DNA of 64,000 bases from Pyrinomonadaceae bacterium (lineage in GTDB: Bacteria > Acidobacteriota > Blastocatellia > Pyrinomonadales > Pyrinomonadaceae), in the NCBI GenBank assembly GCA_021463165.1, contig JAJTWY010000011.1, forward strand, positions 4,072-68,071, written 5' to 3'. The notes beneath the pieces were generated by a model, which made no database searches, was not told the DNA's origin, and saw only the letters and a program-made list of their open reading frames with translations. The position numbers and the translations under genes were made by a program. Positions 52,524 to 62,189 of the stretch are shown in pieces. Each line of letters begins with the position of its first letter. Positions within the stretch are counted from its first letter, which is position 1.

Positions 52524-54976
52524 CGGTGACGGCAGAGATCAAGCCGATGGACAAGCTGAAGAAAATTCGAAGTCTTGACGAAGTGCTGACCCGCGGCGGG
52601 CAAGCGATATCGGCGTTTCGCGAACAGCGAAGCGGCGGGTCGCGTGTTCCGACCGACGAAGAGTTCTTCCGGCTTTTCGATCCATCGCACTTTGGCCGGA
52701 CGCCGATAATCGCGGAAACTATTTGGCAGAAATTCTACGCAAATGGAGCCGAACATTTCTTCCGATCCTTCACCGACCCCGAGGATTCGGTCCGAAGTTT
52801 TGGCCAGAGATTTGGCGATGCGGCGACTGCCAACGTGATCGCACAGGCCGAGAGCATCGTCGACGGGCGCATCGATCTGATGGGCCTGAAGAGTGTATTT
52901 GTTGGCAGAGATGTCGATTGGCACCTCGAGCCGCTTTCGTCAAAACGATCACCGCTAAAGCACTGGAAGCAATTCGATGACCTGGAAGTCTCAGAGACCG
53001 GCGATAAGAAGATCGTTTGGGAGCTGAATCGCCACCAGCATTTCTTCACGCTCGGATTCGCCTACTGGCTGACGCGTGATGAGAAGTTTGCGGATACGTT
53101 TTGCCGCCATTTGGGATCGTGGATCGAGGAGAATCCGCCCGGTCTCGGGATCAACTGGGCGAGCAGCCTCGAAGTTTCGTTTCGCGCCATCTCGTGGCTG
53201 TGGGCGTTCCATTTCTTCAAGGAATCAGACCTATTTACGCCCGGCCTTTTTCTCAGGGCGATGAAACATCTCTATCTGCACGGCCGGCATATTGAGAAAT
53301 ACCTATCGACCTATTACAGCCCAAATACTCACCTGACCGGGGAGGCTCTCGGCCTATATTATCTCGGCACGCAGCTTCCGTTCATCGAGCGCTCGGCTCA
53401 ATGGCGAAGTCTCGGTGAAGAGATCCTGATCGGCGAGATCGGCAAACAGATACACCCCGATGGGGTCTATTTTGAGCAAAGTACCTGGTATCAGCGCTAC
53501 ACGGCTGACTTCTTTTCGCATTTTGTGGTCCTTCGTTCGCTGTGGGGCTCGGATCGGTCTGGACCATCGCCCGGCGAACTCGAATCGCGGCTGGAAACGG
53601 CGATGGATTTTCTGATGTATGTAACGCTGCCGGACGGTCAGACGCCGCTGATCGGTGATGATGACGGCGGACGGATGCTGCCGCTGACCGGGGCCCAGGC
53701 CAGTGATTTTCGCGGCACACTTGGGGTCGGCGCGGTGCTTTTTGACAGGGGCGAATATAAGTTCGCGTCGGGAGGTCCGAGCGAGGAGCTTTTTTGGTTG
53801 ATGGGCCCGGGAGCTCTAAATTTTTACGATTCGATGGATCCGGTGGTGCCGGCAAGGGAATCCCTCGCTTTTGAACAGGGCGGTTATTCGGTGATGCGGG
53901 ACGGGTGGTCGGAAACTGACAACTGCTTGATCATCGATTGCGGCGAGATCGGGTCGCTGGCCGGCGGCCACGGACATGCAGATTCTCTGGCCATCGTTGC
54001 CTCGATGCACGGCCGCCCGTTCCTTGTCGATTCAGGCACGTTCACCTACCACGAGTCAAAAGAATTGCGCGATTATTTTCGCTCGACGGCGGCCCACAAT
54101 ACGCTCACGATCGATGGGCTGCCATCGTCGGAGCCGGGTAACTCTTTCAGCTGGCAGACCCGAGCCAAATGTACGCAGCGAAGCTGGATAGCGTCGCCAC
54201 GGTTCGATTTTTTTGAGGGCGAGCATGATGGCTACGCAAGGCTTGACGATCCCGCGATCCATCGGCGCTCGGTCCTGTTCCTCAAGGGCGACTACTGGAT
54301 CGTACGCGATCTGGCGGAAACGGGGGGCGAACACGACTACTCGCTAAACTTTCATTTCGATGAGAATGTGCGCACGGCGATCGGCCCGGATGGAGCCTGG
54401 GTGGGCGGCGACGATCATCGTATCTTTACCTTCGGTGATAACGGGCGGTGGGAACGGAAGGAAAGCTGGATATCACGCAACCACGGCAATCGGATGAATG
54501 CTCCATTTATGCGGTTTGTGTCCCATGGGGTCGGGCCGCAGGAATTCTTTACGTTCATTATGCCGGTTGACAAGGGCGTATCCGCTCCTGAGGTGATCGA
54601 GACGCCGATGATCGGCGGCCGGGCGTTCCTGATCCGCTATGGGGCATACACCGACCTGTTTGTTGTTAACGACGACCCCGGCAGCCTCGTCGATACCGGC
54701 GTCTTCGAATCGGATTTCCGATATTCCTGGGCACGGATCGGAAACGAAGGCGGGATCCCCGACGAATTTGTTCTGATCGAGGGCACACGGCTGACGATCC
54801 AGGAAAATCACGCGATAGCAGGTGGGTCGGTCGATCACGCGAGCGGGCGGCGGCTGGGGAATGACCTCAACTTGCGGGTCGGCACCGAGGCTAGGACATT
54901 CCCGCTGAGATTTGTCGACCGCAGGAAGCGCGACCGGCGCCAGAAAGACTCGGACCGGCGACGTTCCAGGCAGTGA
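52520..54976 (+). CDS. heparinase II/III family protein (alginate-lyase-like N-domain plus heparinase II/III C-domain)
   Basis: 818 aa. NRHQHFF, INWASSLEVSFRAISWLW, GHGHADSLAIV and AAHNTLTIDG are family hallmarks. Confidence 0.8.
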   Translation: MTVTAEIKPMDKLKKIRSLDEVLTRGGQAISAFREQRSGGSRVPTDEEFFRLFDPSHFGRTPIIAETIWQKFYANGAEHFFRSFTDPEDSVRSFGQRFGDAATANVIAQAESIVDGRIDLMGLKSVFVGRDVDWHLEPLSSKRSPLKHWKQFDDLEVSETGDKKIVWELNRHQHFFTLGFAYWLTRDEKFADTFCRHLGSWIEENPPGLGINWASSLEVSFRAISWLWAFHFFKESDLFTPGLFLRAMKHLYLHGRHIEKYLSTYYSPNTHLTGEALGLYYLGTQLPFIERSAQWRSLGEEILIGEIGKQIHPDGVYFEQSTWYQRYTADFFSHFVVLRSLWGSDRSGPSPGELESRLETAMDFLMYVTLPDGQTPLIGDDDGGRMLPLTGAQASDFRGTLGVGAVLFDRGEYKFASGGPSEELFWLMGPGALNFYDSMDPVVPARESLAFEQGGYSVMRDGWSETDNCLIIDCGEIGSLAGGHGHADSLAIVASMHGRPFLVDSGTFTYHESKELRDYFRSTAAHNTLTIDGLPSSEPGNSFSWQTRAKCTQRSWIASPRFDFFEGEHDGYARLDDPAIHRRSVLFLKGDYWIVRDLAETGGEHDYSLNFHFDENVRTAIGPDGAWVGGDDHRIFTFGDNGRWERKESWISRNHGNRMNAPFMRFVSHGVGPQEFFTFIMPVDKGVSAPEVIETPMIGGRAFLIRYGAYTDLFVVNDDPGSLVDTGVFESDFRYSWARIGNEGGIPDEFVLIEGTRLTIQENHAIAGGSVDHASGRRLGNDLNLRVGTEARTFPLRFVDRRKRDRRQKDSDRRRSRQ

Positions 54977-56103
54977 AACCTCGAGTTCTCCAATTGATCG
55001 GCAGCTTTCATCAAGGCGGCTCCGAGCGGCAGGCTCTGGCCCTGACGCGGCTGCTGAAAGATCCGGGCGAGTGCGATGTGTATCTCGCCACGCTGAGCCG
55101 TGAGGGCGTACTGCTCCGCGACGCCGAGGCGATGGGCTTCCACGAGATCCCCGAATTTCCACTCAACTCTTTCTTCGATCTTAACTTTCCCACTCAGGTT
55201 CGGAAGTGCAGTCGCTTCTTAAGGGAAATGAAGATCGATATCGTCCACACACACGACTTCTACACCAACGTATTCGGAATGGCGGCCGCGTCGATGGCCT
55301 GCGTTAAAACACCTATCGCGTCGAAACGCGAGACAGGCGGCATGCGAACCGCAGCTCAGGATACGGTTGAAAAGCTCGCGTTTGGACGCTCGAAAGCGAT
55401 AGTCGCGAATTCGCGTGCAGTCAAGGAATACCTGGCGAACCGCGGGATCGGGGCGGAAAAGATCCGCGTGATATATAACGGGCTCGACCTTTCGCGTTTC
55501 GAAATGCCTTCGGACAGGCGGACGCAGTACCTCGAAAAGCTGGGTATTCGGTGTGACGAGAAAACGAAGATCATTACGCTCGTTGCAAATCTTCGCCACG
55601 AGGTTAAGAATGTGCCGATGCTTTTGCGCTCAGCTCGTTCTGTCGTTGCTCAGTTTCCCGGCGCCAGATTTCTGGTCGCCGGCGAAGGGGAGCTTAAGGA
55701 AGATCTGGAACGGACGGCCGAGGAGCTCGCGCTAAAGGACAATGTCCACTTTATCGGCCGGTGCGCCGAAATTCCAACGCTCCTCGCTTCATCCGATATA
55801 TGCGTGCTAACCTCGACCGCGGAAGGATTCTCGAACTCGATCCTCGAGTACATGGCCGCGGCAAAGCCGGTTATAGCGACCGATGTAGGCGGCGCACGCG
55901 AGGCGATCGCGGACGGTGAAAGCGGATACTTGATCGCCTCGAATGACGACCGCGAGCTTACGGCAAGACTATGCGATCTACTCAACGCTCCGGAGCGGTC
56001 CGGCGAAATGGGAAAGCGAGGCCGTGACATCGTTGCAGAGAGATTCTCCGAACAGGCCCAACTGGCCAAAACGCTCGAACTCTACCGCTCACTCGCCGTC
56101 TGA
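54973..56103 (+). CDS. glycosyltransferase family 4 (GT-B, group 1)
   Basis: 376 aa. GGSERQ N-terminal motif and the C-terminal E-x7-E region (TSTAEGFSNSILEYMAAAKPVIATDVGG). The GTG start overlaps the previous stop. Confidence 0.85.
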   Translation: MKPRVLQLIGSFHQGGSERQALALTRLLKDPGECDVYLATLSREGVLLRDAEAMGFHEIPEFPLNSFFDLNFPTQVRKCSRFLREMKIDIVHTHDFYTNVFGMAAASMACVKTPIASKRETGGMRTAAQDTVEKLAFGRSKAIVANSRAVKEYLANRGIGAEKIRVIYNGLDLSRFEMPSDRRTQYLEKLGIRCDEKTKIITLVANLRHEVKNVPMLLRSARSVVAQFPGARFLVAGEGELKEDLERTAEELALKDNVHFIGRCAEIPTLLASSDICVLTSTAEGFSNSILEYMAAAKPVIATDVGGAREAIADGESGYLIASNDDRELTARLCDLLNAPERSGEMGKRGRDIVAERFSEQAQLAKTLELYRSLAV

Positions 56104-57152
56104 TGGCAATGCACATAGTCCAACTCGGCCCTGTTCCCCCGCCTGAGGGCGGCGTCAGCCGGAATTTGCTTGCTATCCGTGATGAATTACGGAAACAAGG
56201 CCACAAATGTACGATAATCGCCACGTCTCGAAGCTCGGCGAAACTAGATGATCCCGATATTCACTACCCGAAGAGTGCTTTCGATGTGATCCGCATTCTG
56301 AGAGCGATCGACGCCGACGTTGTTCACCTACACATTGGGGGCGACCTGAATCGGCGTGTCCTTTCGCTTGCAAAGGCGGTAACCGTGTTTGGGCGCGGGA
56401 GGAAGGTATTGACGGTTCATTCCGGCGCTTATCCCCTCACTCCGGAGGCTAGGGCGGCGTCGCCCGGCACGATTAGGGGACGCATATTTCGAGGGTTCGA
56501 TCGGATCATCGGGGTCAATGATGAGCTTGTCGAGGTATTTCGAAGATATGGCGTCGGTGCGGGCCAGGTCAGAAAGATACTGCCCTATTCCCTCGGTCGC
56601 CCCGATCCGAAGGTCGAGGTGCCGCCGGATCTCGTCGAGTTTCTCGATAAACACTCGCCGGCGCTATTGGCGGTCGGCGGGCTCGAAGAAGACTATGATC
56701 CGCTGTTTCAGATCGATGCGATGGACGCCGTCGTTGAAAGACTGCCGAATGCAGGACTTCTGATCGTAGGGGATGGCTCGATGCGGGACGTTGTGAATGA
56801 AAGAGTTGCGGCGAGCCGGCATAACGGCCGCGTGTTGATCGCCGGCAACCTCGACCATGGCATCGTGCTTCACCTCATCCAACGGGCCGATGTTCTTCTC
56901 CGAACAACCCTCTTTGACGGTGATGCGATCTCGATCCGTGAGGCAATGTTTCTCGGGACGCCGGTTGTTGCGACCGATACCGGTATGCGGCCTGCGGGAG
57001 TTTTCCTGATCCCGATCCGCGACCAGGATGCGTATATCCAGGCCGTTGCGGCAGCTTTCGCGGCTGAAAGCCAAACCATACCGTCATCGGACGCGAATCA
57101 AAATGTTCAGGCCGTGATAGATCTTTATCGGGAGGTCATCGCGAAGAGCTGA
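56103..57152 (+). CDS. glycosyltransferase family 4-like (GT-B)
   Basis: 349 aa. The PPEGGVS N-terminal motif and the C-terminal DGDAISIREAMFLGTPVVATD block. Confidence 0.75.
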   Translation: MAMHIVQLGPVPPPEGGVSRNLLAIRDELRKQGHKCTIIATSRSSAKLDDPDIHYPKSAFDVIRILRAIDADVVHLHIGGDLNRRVLSLAKAVTVFGRGRKVLTVHSGAYPLTPEARAASPGTIRGRIFRGFDRIIGVNDELVEVFRRYGVGAGQVRKILPYSLGRPDPKVEVPPDLVEFLDKHSPALLAVGGLEEDYDPLFQIDAMDAVVERLPNAGLLIVGDGSMRDVVNERVAASRHNGRVLIAGNLDHGIVLHLIQRADVLLRTTLFDGDAISIREAMFLGTPVVATDTGMRPAGVFLIPIRDQDAYIQAVAAAFAAESQTIPSSDANQNVQAVIDLYREVIAKS

Positions 57153-58749
57153 CCGGCGCGATGTCGCAGCCGGGGCTGCCGCCGTCAGAGGCTTTTCCGC
57201 GGAACTTGCTGGTCGGCGATAGCCTGAAGTCATTTCGGCTTTGATCGAGAAAACCGATCTCACTCATATTTGCGACCAGGATATTGCCCGAAGGGAATGC
57301 GAAATCGCTATCGGGAACGCGATTGAGGTTCATTATCAGGTTGTTTCGGATCATTCGTCTTGCAATATCCGAGCGGTTGTCGATCCCGTGAACGCCGTAA
57401 TCGCCGTGGTTGACGATATTGTCTCGGAATACGAAGTCGCGTGGCTGGACCCCATAGAACTTGAAAATAGTTCCCGAATTGAAAGCTGTGTTTCGCGCGA
57501 TAGTGATCTTCTCGCCATCGGCGACCTGTATAAAGTAGCCGCTGCCTTCGGTTCCACGTCGGGGGGCGATATTGAGAAAAAGGTTGTTTTCTATCGTCAG
57601 CCCGGTCAGAACCCGACTCGGGTAAGTGTCGTCTTTCCCAAGTATATTGATCCCGTCACCGGCTCCGTCGATGACATTGTCCTTGATGAGAGTATCTTCG
57701 ATGATCGAGAATGGCGCCCCGTCGTCCTGATTCCGAACGGTGATGCGAAAGGCCGAGCCCTTCCAGTTATTGGTCAGAAGATTGCCGACAAATCTTACCC
57801 GCTTTGAGTTTTTGAGTTCAAAAAGCGTCTTGACGGCTACGTTCTCCTGCCAGGCTTCAGGTTTGTTCAGGTGATTGCCACGGACCTCGATATCGGCCGG
57901 GATCAGATCGGCCGACGCCGGATCGGCACCACCGAACATGATATTTTCGGCGCCGCCCTCGATGTAATTGTTGATTATCTTGACGTTACGCGTACCCGTC
58001 CAGCCGCAGATGCCCTGTGTTTCCTCGCCGGGAAATCCGATACCTTCGATGTAACTATTCTTTATCGTCGTATTCGCGCTGTTGAGTGCGATGCCGCGCC
58101 GAACTTTTCCTTTCCCGGTCGGCCGAACATATGAACGGTCGATCTCGAGCGTGTGCGGAAGCCGGTCAGCAGATTCTCCGTTTCCGAACTGGACGAGTCC
58201 GTAGTTGTAGATCGATGACGCGTTCGTGAACTCGATCCCGATGAAACGGAAATGGTGAGCACCGTTTGCAGCTGAAACTGCGGGGCGGCCCAGGATCCCG
58301 GCGGTTATAGTCGCCATGTGCATTCGCTGGGCGGGCGCCACACGCTTGTCCGGAGGCAAGTTCGCGGCGGCCGATGACTGGATCGTCACAAAATCGGTAT
58401 ATGGTCGGTTCGGGAGGTTGATCGTTCCCGAATATACGGCACCCGCCTGCAACTCAACGATGTCGCCGCTCTGGGCCATCTCGATAGCTGCCTGTACATT
58501 GCCGCCGGGCGGCACCTTTATTATCCGGCGTTGTTGTTCGATCTCGACGACCGGCTGCGGGCCGATCAGGCCGAGACGGCCGTAGTTGAGATCGTAAAGT
58601 GCGGTTCCCGCCACGATGACCACCAGAGCCGTGAACGGGGCTGCAAAATACAGCCACGAGCGCGAATTTCGTTCTTTTCGCACCTTCTCTCTGACCCGGA
58701 CCGAATTTACAACCATCGCGTTTGTCACGTCTTTCATCAGTCGTATCAA
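57136..58749 (-). CDS. membrane-anchored right-handed parallel beta-helix repeat protein
   Basis: 537 aa with an N-terminal TM helix. Repeated N-x-I/V-x-G-type turns occur (IKNSYIEG, IINNYIEGGAENI, IKDNVIDGAGDGI, FRDNIVNHGDYG). Confidence 0.7.
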   Translation of the reverse strand: MIRLMKDVTNAMVVNSVRVREKVRKERNSRSWLYFAAPFTALVVIVAGTALYDLNYGRLGLIGPQPVVEIEQQRRIIKVPPGGNVQAAIEMAQSGDIVELQAGAVYSGTINLPNRPYTDFVTIQSSAAANLPPDKRVAPAQRMHMATITAGILGRPAVSAANGAHHFRFIGIEFTNASSIYNYGLVQFGNGESADRLPHTLEIDRSYVRPTGKGKVRRGIALNSANTTIKNSYIEGIGFPGEETQGICGWTGTRNVKIINNYIEGGAENIMFGGADPASADLIPADIEVRGNHLNKPEAWQENVAVKTLFELKNSKRVRFVGNLLTNNWKGSAFRITVRNQDDGAPFSIIEDTLIKDNVIDGAGDGINILGKDDTYPSRVLTGLTIENNLFLNIAPRRGTEGSGYFIQVADGEKITIARNTAFNSGTIFKFYGVQPRDFVFRDNIVNHGDYGVHGIDNRSDIARRMIRNNLIMNLNRVPDSDFAFPSGNILVANMSEIGFLDQSRNDFRLSPTSKFRGKASDGGSPGCDIAPVSSSR

Positions 58750-58966
58750 TTAAAGGCCGAAAAGTGGCCAAAATCCAGCTTAAGTCTTGTGCGGTACCGC
58801 ATACAGCGTTTGCTATTGACTCAGTGAGCCGATTAGTGACCTTTACCGCTTGGGACTGCAGAAAAACATGGTAAAAGTTCCAAGAAAACGCTAACCTATA
58901 TATGGCATCTCCCGCCGTCAAAAAAATCTACGAAAATAGGCCTATTCTCTCTTTTTACCTTCCGAT

Positions 58967-60910
58967 ATGTGCGGTATCAACGGAATTGCATTTTCCCCAC
59001 GTTCAGGCAGACAAATTGATATGGAAGATCTCGTCAGGATGCGAGATGTTCTGCATCATCGCGGGCCTGACGACGGCGGTGTCTTCATCGACGGAAATAT
59101 TGGCCTTGGGCATCGCCGATTGAGTATCGTCGACGTCGCCAATGGAGTACAGCCGATGTTCTCGGACGACCACTCCGCCGTGATCGTCTATAACGGTGAG
59201 GTGTACAACCACGCAGATTCACGAGGTGAACTGGAGCAACGCGGGCACGTATTTAACAACCGCAGCGATACCGAGACGATCCTTCACCTTTATCAGGAAT
59301 ATGGCCGAGACTGCGTCGAACATATGCGCGGGATGTTTGCCTTAGCTATCTGGGATAAGACGAAACGCGAGCTTTTTATCGCCCGCGACCGATTTGGCGT
59401 AAAGCCGTTGTACTACGTTCATGACGCGGACGGCAATCTTTTCTTCGCTTCCGAGATCAAGGCTCTCCTCGAAGCAGGTGCAGTAAAGCCCGAGCTGAAT
59501 TACGACGCGCTGCCCGACCAACTCGCAAATCATGGCACATCCGGGGATCAGACCCTTTTCGCGGGGGTCAAACGCCTTACTCCCGGACATACAATGATCT
59601 GGCGCGACGGCCGACTCGACATTGCCGAGTTTTGGGATCTGAAATTCGAGCCCAAGCACGAACCGCGTTCCGACGCTGACTATATCGAGGAATGGCGTGA
59701 TCTCTTCCGAAAGTCGGTGGAGCTGCGGCTGATGGCCGATGTTCCTTTGGGGATGTTCCTCTCCGGCGGTATAGATTCGTCGGCAATAGCGGCAATGATG
59801 TCCTCGATGGTGAGCGAACCCATCAAGACCTTTTCGATCGGATTCGGCGAGCGTGAGGCGAACGAGCTGGAATACGCGCGTCTCGTCTCACGAAAACTCG
59901 GAACGGATCACCACGAAATAACGCTGTCACCCGACCAGTTCTTCGCTGCCCTGCCGCAGTTGATCTGGCATGAGGACGAACCTATCGGATTCATCGCTTC
60001 GATCCCGCTTTATTTTATTTCGAAGCTCGCGAGCGAACATGTAAAAGTCGTACTCACCGGCGAGGGAAGCGACGAGACGCTGGCGGGCTACGGCCGCTAT
60101 CAAAAGGCCTTAAATCTGCTCGATTACGGCGAGCGATACGAGAGCCTGACGCCGTCGTTCGTGCGAAACGCTGTTCGAGGCGGCGTTGCTACACTGCCTT
60201 CGAAGTTCGGCAATAAGCTCAACCGCACTTTTCTGACGCGTGATGCTGACATCGAAAGCCTCTTCTTCGACAATTTCAGTGTCTTTGGGCGCTCGATGCA
60301 GAGCGAGATGCTGTCTCGTAAAACGCGAGAACGCATTGCGGATCTCGATCCATACGCTGAACAGAACCGTTTGCTGGCAGTTTCGGATGCCAAAGACACG
60401 CTCGACCGCCTTCTATATGCCGACACCAAGACATACCTGCACGAGCTGCTGATGAAACAGGACCAGATGTCGATGGCTGCGTCGATCGAAAGCCGTGTAC
60501 CCTTTCTTGACCACAAACTCGTTGAATTCTCTGCCGCGATGCCGCGTGAGATGAAGCTTCGCGGCGGGACGACAAAATGGATCCTTCGCGAGGCGATGAA
60601 AGGGATCTTGCCCGATGCTATCCTCAACCGCCCGAAGATGGGATTTCCGGTACCGGTCGGGAAGTGGTTTCGGAGCGAGTATAAGCACATCGTCGATGAA
60701 TTTGTTCTTGGCAACAGGCCTCTCGAACGCGGGGTCTTTGAGCCAGAATTTGTTCGTAATCTCGTCCGCCGTCACAACTCGGGTGAAGACCACGCTCAAC
60801 GGATCTGGTTCCTTGTCAATTTTGAAATCTGGCAGCGACGTTTCATCGACGGTGAGGAAACGACAGCCAATGCGTCGGTCTCGATGGCAGAAGAATTGGT
60901 AGCCGCTTAA
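58967..60910 (+). CDS. asnB: asparagine synthase (glutamine-hydrolysing) family amidotransferase, paralog 2
   Basis: MCGINGI, RGPD, NGEVYN and SGGIDSSAI. Same architecture as paralog 1, with many shared blocks when aligned by eye. Confidence 0.88.
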   Translation: MCGINGIAFSPRSGRQIDMEDLVRMRDVLHHRGPDDGGVFIDGNIGLGHRRLSIVDVANGVQPMFSDDHSAVIVYNGEVYNHADSRGELEQRGHVFNNRSDTETILHLYQEYGRDCVEHMRGMFALAIWDKTKRELFIARDRFGVKPLYYVHDADGNLFFASEIKALLEAGAVKPELNYDALPDQLANHGTSGDQTLFAGVKRLTPGHTMIWRDGRLDIAEFWDLKFEPKHEPRSDADYIEEWRDLFRKSVELRLMADVPLGMFLSGGIDSSAIAAMMSSMVSEPIKTFSIGFGEREANELEYARLVSRKLGTDHHEITLSPDQFFAALPQLIWHEDEPIGFIASIPLYFISKLASEHVKVVLTGEGSDETLAGYGRYQKALNLLDYGERYESLTPSFVRNAVRGGVATLPSKFGNKLNRTFLTRDADIESLFFDNFSVFGRSMQSEMLSRKTRERIADLDPYAEQNRLLAVSDAKDTLDRLLYADTKTYLHELLMKQDQMSMAASIESRVPFLDHKLVEFSAAMPREMKLRGGTTKWILREAMKGILPDAILNRPKMGFPVPVGKWFRSEYKHIVDEFVLGNRPLERGVFEPEFVRNLVRRHNSGEDHAQRIWFLVNFEIWQRRFIDGEETTANASVSMAEELVAA

Positions 60911-60927
60911 GGCTTTACATTATCTAG

Positions 60928-62121
60928 ATGCTTGTAAGTTATTCTGAACAAAGACGAATAAAGCCAGAGTCGGGGGTGCTGAAAGGAAAGGATATTCTCT
61001 GTTTTTCGCACGATTGGACGGGCGATCCGTTGTCAAAGACGCATTTGATGCGGGTGCTTTCGAAAGATAACCGCATTTTGTGGATAAATGCGATCGCAAA
61101 CCGAATGCCTACTACATCGTCTAAGGATATATCACGTATTTATAAGAAACTTAAGGCATTTACAGAGCCGATCTGCGAAGTAGAGCCGAATATTTTCGTG
61201 CTAAACCCGCTGGCGATCCCGGCCTACGGCAGCAAGGCGATCGTCGCTCTCAATCAGCGTTCGTTGGTCCGCCAGGTTAAGAAGGCGATGCGAAAGCTTG
61301 GATTTTCGGATGTGATCAATATGGTCTTTAACCCCGCTGCCGGAATGGTGGCCGGAAAGCTGGGCGAGAAGCAGCTGATCTATTACTGCGTCGATGAATA
61401 CACCGCGTTTACGGGATCTGCCGCCCTGAAAGATATCGAGGAAGATCTCTTTCGCCGGTCGGACGTGGTCATCGTCTCGGCTGAAAAACTTTACGGATCA
61501 AAAAAGCAGTTCAACTCAAATACCCACATTATTCGTCACGGGACGGACTGGCACCACTTTCGAACTGCTCTCGACGCAGCAACAAAGATCCCCGGCGAGA
61601 TCGCAGGGCTGCCGCGGCCGATCATCGGTTTTCACGGGCTTCTGGCCGATTGGGTCGATTTTGATTTGATCAAAAAGACTGCCGAGCATTTCAAAACCGG
61701 TTCTGTAGTTCTGATCGGCAAGATCGCGGTGGACGCGGAAGAGAAGGTTAAAGTTCTGGATGAGGTTGAGAACATTCACTTCCTCGGACGAAAGCCGTAT
61801 GCCGAGCTGCCGGCTTATTGCAAAGGATTCGATGTTGCTCTCAACCCATTCACAATAAATGAGTTAACGCTTGCTGCGAATCCACTTAAGGTTCGTGAAT
61901 ATCTTGCCGCGGGCCTGCCGGTTGTTTCGACTGACATTCCCGAGGTGCGGGTGTTGGCCGATTGTCTCGTCGGCGAAGATCATGAGGATTTTATCGCTAA
62001 GATCGAGATGGCGCTTGCCGCACCTAGGGACCGTGAAACGGTTAGCGATGCGATACGTCAGGAAAGCTGGGAGGCGAAGGTCGGTGAACTTCGCGACATA
62101 TTGACGAAGACCTCTTCATGA
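60928..62121 (+). CDS. glycosyltransferase, GT-B fold (group 1, TuaH-like)
   Basis: 397 aa. The C-terminal block is FLGRKPYAELPAYCKGFDVALNPF....LAANPLKVREYLAAGLPVVSTD. Confidence 0.7.
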   Translation: MLVSYSEQRRIKPESGVLKGKDILCFSHDWTGDPLSKTHLMRVLSKDNRILWINAIANRMPTTSSKDISRIYKKLKAFTEPICEVEPNIFVLNPLAIPAYGSKAIVALNQRSLVRQVKKAMRKLGFSDVINMVFNPAAGMVAGKLGEKQLIYYCVDEYTAFTGSAALKDIEEDLFRRSDVVIVSAEKLYGSKKQFNSNTHIIRHGTDWHHFRTALDAATKIPGEIAGLPRPIIGFHGLLADWVDFDLIKKTAEHFKTGSVVLIGKIAVDAEEKVKVLDEVENIHFLGRKPYAELPAYCKGFDVALNPFTINELTLAANPLKVREYLAAGLPVVSTDIPEVRVLADCLVGEDHEDFIAKIEMALAAPRDRETVSDAIRQESWEAKVGELRDILTKTSS

Positions 62122-62189
62122 TTTGGTGAAATCGGCCCGGTTTTGCCCGTTTATTATCAAGGACCGTTTTGCCTCGGTCGTTTTCTGAT

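Noticed and set aside
60650-60675. ACCGGTCGGGAAGTG in asnB-2 partly resembles the palindromic-element arm (ACCGGTCGGGAGTGTG).
   Set aside because: Only about 13 nt are similar. The segment encodes the conserved AsnB block GFPVPVGKW, so the resemblance is most likely coincidental.
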